From positions 1-52,388 of the forward strand of contig CANQDC010000003.1 of assembly GCA_947591455.1 (NCBI GenBank): 52,388 nucleotides of DNA. Reading direction: 5' to 3'. Below the pieces are notes generated by a model. That model saw only the letters and a list, made by a program, of their open reading frames with translations. It had not been told where the DNA came from and made no database searches. Origin of the DNA: an uncultured Bacilli bacterium. GTDB lineage: Bacteria > Bacillota_I > Bacilli_A > RF39 > UBA660. This document shows positions 30,245 to 39,844 of this stretch, piece by piece (the stretch's first letter is position 1; every line of letters starts with the position of its first letter). The translations under genes and the position numbers were made by a program.

Positions 30245-32000
30245 GTTGTTGTACATTCCATCTCCCTGATACATCACAGTTCGAACTATATGGTAATGGA
30301 TTAGGAAGTTGCAGTTTGATAATCATTGGTATTTTAAAAGCACTACCAAATCCAACACAATTTCCAGGTTGCAAGGTTTTTTGCTTTTCGATTACATCTG
30401 CAGAGATATTTGGAAGCATTTCTTCAATGTATTTAATATCTTTTGGATGGGTCATTTTAAAGATTAAAAAGTTAGAAACTTGGGAAATAACTGTATCAGA
30501 GATTTCAACTGGTCTTTGACTAATAATTCCTAACAAGGTTCCATACTTACGACCTTCTTTAGCAATACGATCAAAAATATTATAACCAAGCAAATAAGTA
30601 TCATTATCATGTTGAATATAACGGTGAGCTTCTTCCAAAAATAAATGAAACGGAATACTTGCTCTTTGTTTTAAATTTTTACAAAAATCAAAGAATAAAC
30701 GAGACATAATTTTTACAATCACTTTAGCATAGGTATCATCAATATCTTCTAAATTAATATTAATAATTTGAGCCTTTTTATTATTTTTTACCACTAAACT
30801 ACTTACATATTTATCTAAAGTAATAAAACCATTGCTTGAAAAATATTTTCCAACTCTTGTATTTAATATTGTACTTAAACGTACCTTTAAAATCATAGCA
30901 TCATTATACAAATTAGAATTATTTTGGAATCCTTCACTAATCATTGTAAACTCAAGAGCTTTGGCAAAATCTGCTAAAGAATAATTATATTCTTTTGGTT
31001 CTTCCATTTCTTCATAAGAATCTTCAATATGTTTTAAAATATATTCCGTAATCAAAACACTTTCACCAAAGTTTCCATTGGAATCAATTTCAAAACACTC
31101 ACTAAAAGTTCTAGTATATCCTAACCCAGCAATTTGACTATCAAAATTAAACTCTTTCGTATGACATACTTCAATTATTTGAAAAACTTCATTTTTCTTA
31201 CGAGCGGTAGTTTGATTACTAAATAAAATAGCAAGTAAAGCCTTAGCAATTAAATGATTTTTATATTTAATTGACTCTTCATTTTCTTGACTAAATATTT
31301 TGGCCAAGCGAATCGTTCTTTCCAAAATAGGTAATTGACTATGATTCGTTGCTTGCAAAAGTAGCGCATAATCATCTAAAACAAGTAAACTAACCGGTAT
31401 TTGTAGAAGAAAATCATCCGCATCAATTGGATTCGTAGTAATAAATTTATAACTATAGTTTGGATTAATTTGACTAATACTACCAAAAGCATTTTTATAT
31501 TCTCCATAAGCATCAAAAACAAATACGTTGGCATTATAAGAAAGCATATTCGGATTACTAAATACATTTTGAACAATTCTTGCTACCCCACAAGATTTCC
31601 CACTACCACTATTTCCAAAGATAGCTAAATGATTAGAGAAAAAATCATTAATATTGGGACAGATATGGAATTTCTTATAAATAGCACTTTCTCCTAAGGT
31701 AAACGCCTTATCACTTTGTGTACCAACTAATTCCATCAATTCTTCGCTATTGATAATACGAATTTTACTTGATAAAAGAGGTTTTCTTATTACACCATTT
31801 ACATACCGATTATTTACATATTCTCCTAAAAAGCGGATTTTTATCTCACTGCTATTAATTTCAGTGATTTCTCCTAAAATTCTTTGATCAGGAGCCTCAA
31901 AAACTACATTTACATTCATTAAGTCAGTAGTTCCGGCATCTCCTCCTAAATTTTCAATGTAAGCAATATTTTCACTAATATATTTAATTTTACCAAACAT
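30231..32000 (-). CDS. HerA/DUF87-family ATPase
   Basis: HLAIFGNSGSGKS, FDAYGEY, LEEAHRY, AKEGRKYG, SQRP; ATG 32000 after gaggtg. Confidence 0.88.
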   Translation of the reverse strand: MFGKIKYISENIAYIENLGGDAGTTDLMNVNVVFEAPDQRILGEITEINSSEIKIRFLGEYVNNRYVNGVIRKPLLSSKIRIINSEELMELVGTQSDKAFTLGESAIYKKFHICPNINDFFSNHLAIFGNSGSGKSCGVARIVQNVFSNPNMLSYNANVFVFDAYGEYKNAFGSISQINPNYSYKFITTNPIDADDFLLQIPVSLLVLDDYALLLQATNHSQLPILERTIRLAKIFSQENEESIKYKNHLIAKALLAILFSNQTTARKKNEVFQIIEVCHTKEFNFDSQIAGLGYTRTFSECFEIDSNGNFGESVLITEYILKHIEDSYEEMEEPKEYNYSLADFAKALEFTMISEGFQNNSNLYNDAMILKVRLSTILNTRVGKYFSSNGFITLDKYVSSLVVKNNKKAQIININLEDIDDTYAKVIVKIMSRLFFDFCKNLKQRASIPFHLFLEEAHRYIQHDNDTYLLGYNIFDRIAKEGRKYGTLLGIISQRPVEISDTVISQVSNFLIFKMTHPKDIKYIEEMLPNISADVIEKQKTLQPGNCVGFGSAFKIPMIIKLQLPNPLPYSSNCDVSGRWNVQQQKAS

Positions 32001-32070
32001 AGTCAAACACCTCTTTATATTCTTCTTCATTATAACATACAAATTTATCCTTTTCTACCAAAATGTTATA

Positions 32071-32096
32071 AAAAAAAGAACAAATTTTTGTTCCCT
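32071..32096 (-). terminator. terminator closing the hisS...gatB-sigma transcript
   Basis: Minus strand gaacaa-aaat-ttgttc followed by a T tract. Confidence 0.6.
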
Positions 32097-32097
32097 T

Positions 32098-32930
32098 TTA
32101 ATCATCAAATAAATATTGATTTTGCGCCCTTATTTGAGGTTGTTTTAATTTTTTTAAAGCCTTATGTTCAATCTCTGAAATATAAGATTCACTTACATGA
32201 TAAAGATTAGCTATCTCTCGTAATTTTTTTTCTTGAAACTTACGCATCAGTAATATCTTTTTTTCTTTTTCCGTTAAACAATTTAATCCTTTATTAATAT
32301 AAGAAAATAAATTTTGATAAATAATTTGATTTTCTAAAGAACATTCTTTCTTACTAGTAAGAGAATTATAAGCCATTTCGCAATCATTTTCTAATTCATT
32401 TAAACTAACTGGGTAATCAGAAACTGAAAATAAATCCGAATTGTTTCTTTTGATAATCCAACACTTTGTTCAATTTCTTCAATCGTAGGAAAACGTTGAT
32501 TGAATTGATTCATAAATTGTAAAATCTTTTTAAACTCTTTTTCTTTATTTACGGGAATGCGAATCAATTTGCCCTTTTCAAACAAAGCATTTTCTATTTC
32601 ATTCTTAATACAACAAGTAGCAAAAGTAGAAAATTTATTATTTTTGTTCTCTTGAAAATTATTAACCGCTTTAATAAGACCGATATTTCCTTCCTGAATT
32701 AAATCTATAAACTCTAAGCCTCTATTTCGATAATGCTTGGCAACAGGAATAACCAGTGCCAAATTATGTTTAACCATTAATTGCTTTGCTTCCTCCGCCC
32801 CATCGGCCACTTGTTTCAATAATTTTGTTTCTTCTTCTTCTATAGTTAATAAAGGAATTTGCCGAATCAAATAGAAATATTGATCTGTACTATCAATAAA
32901 ATATAAATCGGGCTCAAATCGATCATTCAT
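32098..32930 (-). pseudogene. RpoD-like sigma-70 paralog split by a 1-nt frameshift
   Basis: First ORF has regions 1.2/2/3 ([23 protein letters not shown]); second has region 4 (LREIA...EIEHKALKKLK). An alternate frame reading SDYPVSLNELE joins them near 32421. Confidence 0.8.
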
Positions 32931-32933
32931 TTT

Positions 32934-34361
32934 TTATTGTAACCTTTGCTTAAGGATTTCTTTCGTAATAACAGGATTCGCTTTTCCTCGTGTTTCTTTC
33001 ATTACTTGTCCGACAAAATAATCAAATAAATTGTCTTTTCCATTTTTATATTGTTCCACTTGTACAGCATTTTTAGCCAAAATTTCGACAATAATATTCT
33101 CTAATTCTTCACGATTAGAAATTTGCGCCATATCACTACTAATAAATGATTTTGGTTCTTTTTTCTCTTCAACTGCTTTATAAAATATTTCTTTTGCTTG
33201 TTTTGAGGAAATGGTTCCTGCCTCAATAGCATCTACAATTTGTTTTAAATATTCTGGAGTCAGAAAAAATTCACTTAAGCCAATTTCTTCATGATTAATT
33301 TCACCTAATATTTGCGTTGTTAACCAATTACTTGCTTTTTTGGCATCAATTCCTAAATCGATACATTTTTCAAAATAATCGGCATATTCTTTTTCTTTGA
33401 CAATGACACTTGCATCGTAATCACTTAATCCATAATCGGCCATATATTTGTCTTTTCTCTCTAAAGCAAGCATAGGGATATCTTTTTTTATCTCTTCTAA
33501 CCAACTGGCTTCAATCTTAAATTTAGGAATATTGGGATCAACAAAATATTTATAATCAATGGCATCAACTTTACTACGCATCCGTATAGTTGTTCCTGAT
33601 TCTTCATCAAAACGTCTCGTTTCTTGCTCGACTTCATCATATCTTCCTTGCTCTTTTAATTCACTTTGCCGTTTAATTTCATAATTGATTGCATCATAAA
33701 CATTGCCAAAAGAATTAATATTTTTTACTTCCACTCGAGTCCCAAATTCAGTGGCTTCCTTATCCATAATGGAAACATTTACGTCACATCTTATTTGTCC
33801 TTTTTTGGTATCTGCTTCCGAAACACCACAATACTTATAAGCACTTCTCATATGTTCCAAAAAAGCTACCGCTTCTTCAGCACTAGAAAAACAAGGTTCC
33901 GTAACCAACTCCAAAAGAGGAACGCCAGCTCGGTTATAATCAATACAAGATGTATCATAATAATGATCGAGACTAGCCGCATCTTCTTCTAAGTGAATAT
34001 CATGAATTGTTACTGGAATACGCTTTTTATCACATTCAATTTCAATTTTACCATGAACTCCTACAGGAGAAGCCATTTGAGTAATTTGATATCCTTTAGG
34101 TAAATCAGGATAATAATAATTTTTACGATCAAAATATATATATTCAGGTTGCTCGCAATTCAAAACCATACTCATCATTAAGGCATCTCGTACACATTTT
34201 TTATTCACGACAGGAAGAGTTCCTGGAAAAGCCATATCTACCGGACGAACATTATCGTTTGGTATTTCATTATAAGAATTTCGAGCACTAGAGAAAACTT
34301 TAGAATTACTTTTTAATTCGCAGTGCATTTCGAGTCCAATAACCGCTCTATATTTTCCCAT
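32934..34361 (-). CDS. gatB: amidotransferase subunit B
   Basis: IGLEMH, FDRKNYYYPDLPKGYQITQ, HLEEDA, DYNRAGVPL, GKANP. Confidence 0.96.
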   Translation of the reverse strand: MGKYRAVIGLEMHCELKSNSKVFSSARNSYNEIPNDNVRPVDMAFPGTLPVVNKKCVRDALMMSMVLNCEQPEYIYFDRKNYYYPDLPKGYQITQMASPVGVHGKIEIECDKKRIPVTIHDIHLEEDAASLDHYYDTSCIDYNRAGVPLLELVTEPCFSSAEEAVAFLEHMRSAYKYCGVSEADTKKGQIRCDVNVSIMDKEATEFGTRVEVKNINSFGNVYDAINYEIKRQSELKEQGRYDEVEQETRRFDEESGTTIRMRSKVDAIDYKYFVDPNIPKFKIEASWLEEIKKDIPMLALERKDKYMADYGLSDYDASVIVKEKEYADYFEKCIDLGIDAKKASNWLTTQILGEINHEEIGLSEFFLTPEYLKQIVDAIEAGTISSKQAKEIFYKAVEEKKEPKSFISSDMAQISNREELENIIVEILAKNAVQVEQYKNGKDNLFDYFVGQVMKETRGKANPVITKEILKQRLQ

Positions 34362-35818
34362 TAGTTCACTTCCTTTGCAATTTGATTTTTATAATTCATT
34401 TGAGATTCAATGGCATAAGCAATATTTAAAACATTGGCATCATCATAAACATTCCCGGTAATATTTAAAGCCACTGGTAAGCCATTTATAAAGCCATCCG
34501 GTATCGTAATAGAAGGAAACCCTCCAAAATTACCAATTTGCATATGTTCTTCTAAAACAGCAGTATCTTTCGTTAAGATATCTTTTGAACCATCTAGGTG
34601 TTTGGCAGGACCACTACCAACCGGTAAAATAACCGCATCATAAGTTTCATATAACTTTTTCCAAGTATCGACAAGTAAACGTCTAACTCTTTGGGCATTT
34701 TTAAAATATCTTTCTTGATTTTCTTTTTGTAAAATATAAGACCCAATAACAAAACGTCGTTTAATTAAAGGAGAAAAACCATGCGTACGATGATCCATCA
34801 TAACTTCGTTGATACTAGATCCATTCCCCCGTGGTCCAAAAATAATCCCGGTTAAATTGGACAGATTGCTAGTTGCTTCCGCACAAGAAATAGCCACATA
34901 CACACTAGGTTCCGCATCTAAAAGCTTTTTATCAACGCTTACTTCTTCAACAAGAATGCCTAACTTTTTAATATTTTCTAAGACATTCATAAAGTTTTCT
35001 AAATGTAATTTTAATTCTTCTGAAGGATTTTCATAATTTTTAATATCACAAATTTCTTTGATATAACATAATTTTTTCCCTTTTACATTGCCCGTTAAAG
35101 ATTCTAACAAATGAATATCACTAGAATCCCAACTGGTCATGTCATTTTTATCGATTCCTTTCATCGCATCAACGACAATGGCGGCATCTCGAACATTTCT
35201 CGAAAACACGCCGCAATGATCTAAACTAGAAGCAAATGGAAATAAGCCATATCGAGAAATCATACCATAAGTTGGTTTATAGCCGACGATTCCACAATAA
35301 GCCGCTGGTTTCCGAATCGAATCCCCCGTATCACTTCCTAAAGCATAAGGATAAACACCACTGGCAACAGCACAAGCACTACCAGCACTTGATCCTGCAC
35401 AACTCCGTGATAAATCCCAAGGATTTTTGACAGCACCGGTATGTCCCGTAGTTCCGGTACCACCCATACCAAATTCATCCATAACAGTTTTATTAACTGG
35501 AACGGCTCCCGCTTGATATAAATTTTCGACTGCAGTTGCATTAAAGAAAGGGACATAATCTTTTAGCGTATTAGAAGAACCCGTTGACAATATATCTTTC
35601 GTAGAATAATTATCTTTAATTCCAAAAGGAATACCAGATAATAAATTATCAGTAACATTAGTGCCTTTCGCATCATCTAAAATAGTTACAAAAGCATTAC
35701 ACTTTTCTTGAACTTCATGAGTCTTTTCTAACGCTTCTTTTACTAAATCTTCACTTGTTACTGTACCATTTACTAAATCCTCATGTAACTCTTCAATGGT
35801 TTTATACATAAAATTCAT
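34361..35818 (-). CDS. gatA: amidotransferase subunit A
   Basis: GIKDN, MDEFGMG, GSSAGSA, GSDTGDSIRKPA, KPTYG. Confidence 0.93.
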   Translation of the reverse strand: MNFMYKTIEELHEDLVNGTVTSEDLVKEALEKTHEVQEKCNAFVTILDDAKGTNVTDNLLSGIPFGIKDNYSTKDILSTGSSNTLKDYVPFFNATAVENLYQAGAVPVNKTVMDEFGMGGTGTTGHTGAVKNPWDLSRSCAGSSAGSACAVASGVYPYALGSDTGDSIRKPAAYCGIVGYKPTYGMISRYGLFPFASSLDHCGVFSRNVRDAAIVVDAMKGIDKNDMTSWDSSDIHLLESLTGNVKGKKLCYIKEICDIKNYENPSEELKLHLENFMNVLENIKKLGILVEEVSVDKKLLDAEPSVYVAISCAEATSNLSNLTGIIFGPRGNGSSINEVMMDHRTHGFSPLIKRRFVIGSYILQKENQERYFKNAQRVRRLLVDTWKKLYETYDAVILPVGSGPAKHLDGSKDILTKDTAVLEEHMQIGNFGGFPSITIPDGFINGLPVALNITGNVYDDANVLNIAYAIESQMNYKNQIAKEVN

Positions 35819-36111
35819 TCTCCCACCACCTTTGGTACTTCAATTTCTCTTCCTTCAATTTTGTCCGAATTCCTAAGTAACTCTTCTACTGGAATCGATT
35901 CTTCCGCAACATCTTCTCGTAAAGTACAAGAAAAATTATCTAAACAATGCGTCATTGGTTCAACGGCATCAAGACCTTCAAGTTCTAATTTTCCTAAATT
36001 TTCATCAATAATCGCAAATTCATCTAATACTTGTTTATTTTCTTCTTCGGTCAATCCAATTAATAATTTCTCGGCTAAACGATCGACTAATTCTTTTGTA
36101 AAATTATTCAT
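35815..36111 (-). CDS. gatC: amidotransferase subunit C
   Basis: VEPMTH...LREDVA...VPKVV; precedes gatA. Confidence 0.88.
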   Translation of the reverse strand: MNNFTKELVDRLAEKLLIGLTEEENKQVLDEFAIIDENLGKLELEGLDAVEPMTHCLDNFSCTLREDVAEESIPVEELLRNSDKIEGREIEVPKVVGE

Positions 36112-36127
36112 CTTCTCTACCTCTTTT

Positions 36128-36727
36128 CTAATTTAAAATACGCTTACGAATGGATCCTTCTTCTTCCAATGGTTGAAAACTATCTGATGTCCCCTGTAAA
36201 CTTTTTGAAGTTAAAATGGAAAAATAATCTGATAACTTATTTTCATTTACTAATTTATAACTTTCTTTATTATACTCATCATAATTTACTTGTTTTAAAA
36301 TCCCATTCTCCCAATAACTCTCTTCTTTTAATTGGTACCCAAATAAATCCGGATACATAAATGCAAACTTCCCATTAAAAATATTATTTTTTATATCCAT
36401 ACAATCTTGTTTAGATAAATTCTCTCGAAAACCGGTAACTTGCAATAAATTATTTAATTGCATACAATTCATGATAAATTTTTCTTTTTGAAGGTAAGCT
36501 TGTTGGGCCAAATAAATTTCTTTTTGACTTGTTTTATTAAAATAACAATTATAAGAGGGTGTTTCGTAAAATAAATCAAAATTGAAAGTAAATTCATAGG
36601 GATTGGCTATAGCTTTAAACAATATATCTCGAGATTTCTTTTCCGTCCATGTTTCTTCATCATAGAAGACAACTTTCCCATAAAAAAGTTGTCTACGAGG
36701 CACTGGCCATGTTTCTTTATTCATCAT
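36128..36727 (-). CDS. hypothetical protein
   Basis: RBS lies within the aspS 3' end; ORF fills the aspS-gatC gap. Confidence 0.75.
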   Translation of the reverse strand: MMNKETWPVPRRQLFYGKVVFYDEETWTEKKSRDILFKAIANPYEFTFNFDLFYETPSYNCYFNKTSQKEIYLAQQAYLQKEKFIMNCMQLNNLLQVTGFRENLSKQDCMDIKNNIFNGKFAFMYPDLFGYQLKEESYWENGILKQVNYDEYNKESYKLVNENKLSDYFSILTSKSLQGTSDSFQPLEEEGSIRKRILN

Positions 36728-38486
36728 CTTCTTCCTCCTCCTTAATAACCGCAATACCAAGTTCTTTTAATTGGGCCTCACTAACACGAGTTGGAGCCTC
36801 ACTCATTAAATCACTTGCACTTTGCGTTTTAGGGAAGGCTATAACATCCTTTATATCACTTGTCCCTGTTAAAACCATCACTAATCTTTCTATTCCTGGA
36901 GCAATACCGGCATGAGGAGGTACGCCATATTTGAAGGCATCTAATATAAAACCAAAGCGCAATTTTGCTTCTTCCTCACGAATACTTAAGGCTTTAAAAA
37001 TACGCGCTAAATCTTTCGCTTTATGATTTCTTACGCCACCACTGGCTAATTCATACCCATTTACCACCAAATCGAAACTTCTGGAAATACAATGTTCTGG
37101 ATCATCAATCGTATTAATATCTTTTACCATGGTAAAAGGATTATGTTCCGCTTTCCATCTTCCTTCCGTCTCAGAATATTCAAAGAATGGAAAATCGGTA
37201 ATCCATAAGAAATTCAATTTATCTTCATCAATTAAATGAAGTTCACGAGCAATCTTGTTACGTAAAGCTCCTAAAGAGGCATAAACAATTTTTTTCGTAT
37301 CAGCAACAATCAAAATTAAATCGTTATTAGTAATACCAAATTTTTCTTTCATGGCCGCAAGTTTTTCATCTTCTAAATTTTTTGCAATAACGCCATTAAA
37401 TTTATCATCATCATATTTTAACCAAGCTAATCCTTTTGCACCATATATTTTAACAAAATCTGTTAAATGTTCTACATCACTTCTAGAATATTTATCGCCA
37501 TTATTTTTTACAAGTAAACATTTAACAATTCCTCCTTTTTCGATAGCATTTCGAAAAACATTCATATTGGTATCTTTTAAAATATCCGTTAAATCTAAAA
37601 GTTCCATTTCAAAACGAGTATCTGGTTTATCGCTTCCAAATCGGTCCATGGCTTCTTGATATGTGATCCGTGGAAAATCAGGTAAATCAATATTTTTAAC
37701 ATCTTTAACGATTTTTTTAATCATTCCCTCGGTAACATTCCAAACATCCTCTTCTTCGGCGAAACTCATTTCCAAATCAATTTGTGTAAATTCAGGTTGA
37801 CGATCACTTCGTAAATCTTCATCTCGAAAACTTCTGGCAATTTGATAATAACGTTCAAAACCAGATACCATTAAAAGTTGTTTAAATATTTGTGGACTTT
37901 GCGGTAAAGCATAAAAAGAGCCTTTATTAATACGAGAAGGAACCAAATAATCTCGAGCTCCTTCTGGCGTTGATTTACAAAGAATTGGGGTCTCAATTTC
38001 AATAAAACCTAAATTATTTAAATATTCCCGAGCACTTTTACATACTTGATGGCGAATAAGAAGATTATTCTTTAATTTTTCTCGACGTAAATCTAAATAA
38101 CGATATTTTAAAGCTACGTTTTCATTTACCTCCGCTTCATTATCATAGACATTAAACGGTAAAACATCACATTCACTTAGAACTTCAAGCTCTTCAACCA
38201 TTAATTCAACTTCCCCAGTTGGAATTTTTGGATTAATCATATCAGGAGTACGAGCAAGTAATTTACCAGTAACTTTAATACAATACTCATTTTTTAAACT
38301 TTCTGCTAAACTAAAATCATTTTTTAAATAACTACGATTAAAGACCACTTGTAAAAAACCAGATCGATCCCTTAGGTCAACGAATATAACTCCACCCATA
38401 TCACGACGTTTATTTACCCAACCATATACGGTATACTCTTTATCGATATCTTTTTTTCGAAATTCTCCATTATTATATTGTTTCAT
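36717..38486 (-). CDS. aspS: aspartate--tRNA ligase
   Basis: RRDMGG, YRYLDLR, TPEGARDY, LPQSPQ, FRDED, GAD insert, PPHAG. Confidence 0.96.
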   Translation of the reverse strand: MKQYNNGEFRKKDIDKEYTVYGWVNKRRDMGGVIFVDLRDRSGFLQVVFNRSYLKNDFSLAESLKNEYCIKVTGKLLARTPDMINPKIPTGEVELMVEELEVLSECDVLPFNVYDNEAEVNENVALKYRYLDLRREKLKNNLLIRHQVCKSAREYLNNLGFIEIETPILCKSTPEGARDYLVPSRINKGSFYALPQSPQIFKQLLMVSGFERYYQIARSFRDEDLRSDRQPEFTQIDLEMSFAEEEDVWNVTEGMIKKIVKDVKNIDLPDFPRITYQEAMDRFGSDKPDTRFEMELLDLTDILKDTNMNVFRNAIEKGGIVKCLLVKNNGDKYSRSDVEHLTDFVKIYGAKGLAWLKYDDDKFNGVIAKNLEDEKLAAMKEKFGITNNDLILIVADTKKIVYASLGALRNKIARELHLIDEDKLNFLWITDFPFFEYSETEGRWKAEHNPFTMVKDINTIDDPEHCISRSFDLVVNGYELASGGVRNHKAKDLARIFKALSIREEEAKLRFGFILDAFKYGVPPHAGIAPGIERLVMVLTGTSDIKDVIAFPKTQSASDLMSEAPTRVSEAQLKELGIAVIKEEEEDDE

Positions 38487-39285
38487 TTTCTTCTTCCTTT
38501 CTAATCATCTCATTCATTTTTTGCATTTGTTCTTCACTAAAATAATCCTTTAGATAATCATCTTTTTGATCAAGTTCTTGAAAAAAATTTAAATCGTGAG
38601 TTTCTCCAATTTTTTCAATTAATCGATCTTTGTCTAAAGCCTCATCGGCAACGCTAATTAGCTCCGTTAAATAATAAGCATCTCTTTTTTCAATGAAATA
38701 ATCCTCAATTAAAGATAAATCTTTATTATGTCTATTATAGTTGGCTGCTAATCGCCATAAAGCTTCTCTTTTATCTTCATTAATAGCAACATTCACTAAA
38801 TCATTAAAGGCTTCTTGATTAATCATCGGAGGCATAGGAACGCTTATATATTGTGTAATAAAATTTAGTAGTTGTTCATCATTCATACTTCTACAATAAT
38901 TTATATACGTTTCACTATTAGTTAATAAGGAAAATATACTTTTAAATCGTTTGCCACAATCTCTTATCATTTTCTTATCTTCTAATAAACTATTATAACA
39001 TTCTTGTAATTTTTTTTGTTCCTGTTCATCTAACTTGTTATTTTTTAAAGTTTTTTCGATACTGGCAATAATTTTTTCAAGGTTAGCCATTCTTCTTTTT
39101 TCTATATCATCAATTTCATTAGGAACTGAATTAACAATTTCTTTTAAATTTTTTATTAACTCGTCAATTTCCTTATTTTCCGTATCAGTAAAAGCTTTAC
39201 GATCTATATTATTTAATAGTTCTAACAATTTTTCACTATTAATAAAACGATTTACATACTTATAAATAATATTTACTAAATCCAT
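38473..39285 (-). CDS. hypothetical helical protein
   Basis: RBS gaggagg; overlaps the aspS start. Confidence 0.75.
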   Translation of the reverse strand: MDLVNIIYKYVNRFINSEKLLELLNNIDRKAFTDTENKEIDELIKNLKEIVNSVPNEIDDIEKRRMANLEKIIASIEKTLKNNKLDEQEQKKLQECYNSLLEDKKMIRDCGKRFKSIFSLLTNSETYINYCRSMNDEQLLNFITQYISVPMPPMINQEAFNDLVNVAINEDKREALWRLAANYNRHNKDLSLIEDYFIEKRDAYYLTELISVADEALDKDRLIEKIGETHDLNFFQELDQKDDYLKDYFSEEQMQKMNEMIRKEEENETI

Positions 39286-39296
39286 TTGAAGCCTCC

Positions 39297-39830
39297 TCAA
39301 ATATCGTATTTATCTGACTTAAAATTTCTTCCAAAATTCATTTTTTTCTTCCGATTTAAAAGAGAACATTCCCCACAAACAGCTTTATAATTTATTTCGT
39401 CTAGAGATTCGTTCGTCTTCATTTCTTCGATAGTATCAGCAATTTGTAAAAGTCTATCATAACCAGGAAAAGCATTCATACGAAAATCACAATGTAAGCC
39501 ATAACAAAGAACAGGAATACCAAATTCTTTCGTTAAAAAATAGAAGTCATCCACTTGTTCAGCAGTTAAGAATTGCGCCTCATCGACTATAATGGCACTT
39601 AATCCATCAAAAGGAATTTTTTTAAAAACTTTATCGTTAGGTTTTAAAAGAATATCTATCGTTCCTTCAAAACTTACTCTACTAACGACTTGATCATTTC
39701 CTAACGTATCACTCGCGGCTGTAATAATCGCTACTTTTGTACCTCTTTCTTCATAATTAGTAGCAACTTGCTGCAAAAGCGTTGTGGTATCACAATCCAT
39801 TGCTCCGTAGTGAAAATATAACTTTGCCAT
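39297..39830 (-). CDS. degenerate thymidine kinase-like protein
   Basis: MAKLYFHYGAM, VDEAQFL, PVLCYGL.DF retained; Walker A and lasso region altered. Confidence 0.8.
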   Translation of the reverse strand: MAKLYFHYGAMDCDTTTLLQQVATNYEERGTKVAIITAASDTLGNDQVVSRVSFEGTIDILLKPNDKVFKKIPFDGLSAIIVDEAQFLTAEQVDDFYFLTKEFGIPVLCYGLHCDFRMNAFPGYDRLLQIADTIEEMKTNESLDEINYKAVCGECSLLNRKKKMNFGRNFKSDKYDI

Positions 39831-39844
39831 AAAAACTCACCTAC

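Noticed and set aside
32078-32093. GAAC...GTTC as a LexA box
   Set aside because: Spacing is 8 rather than 4, and it is better explained as a terminator hairpin.
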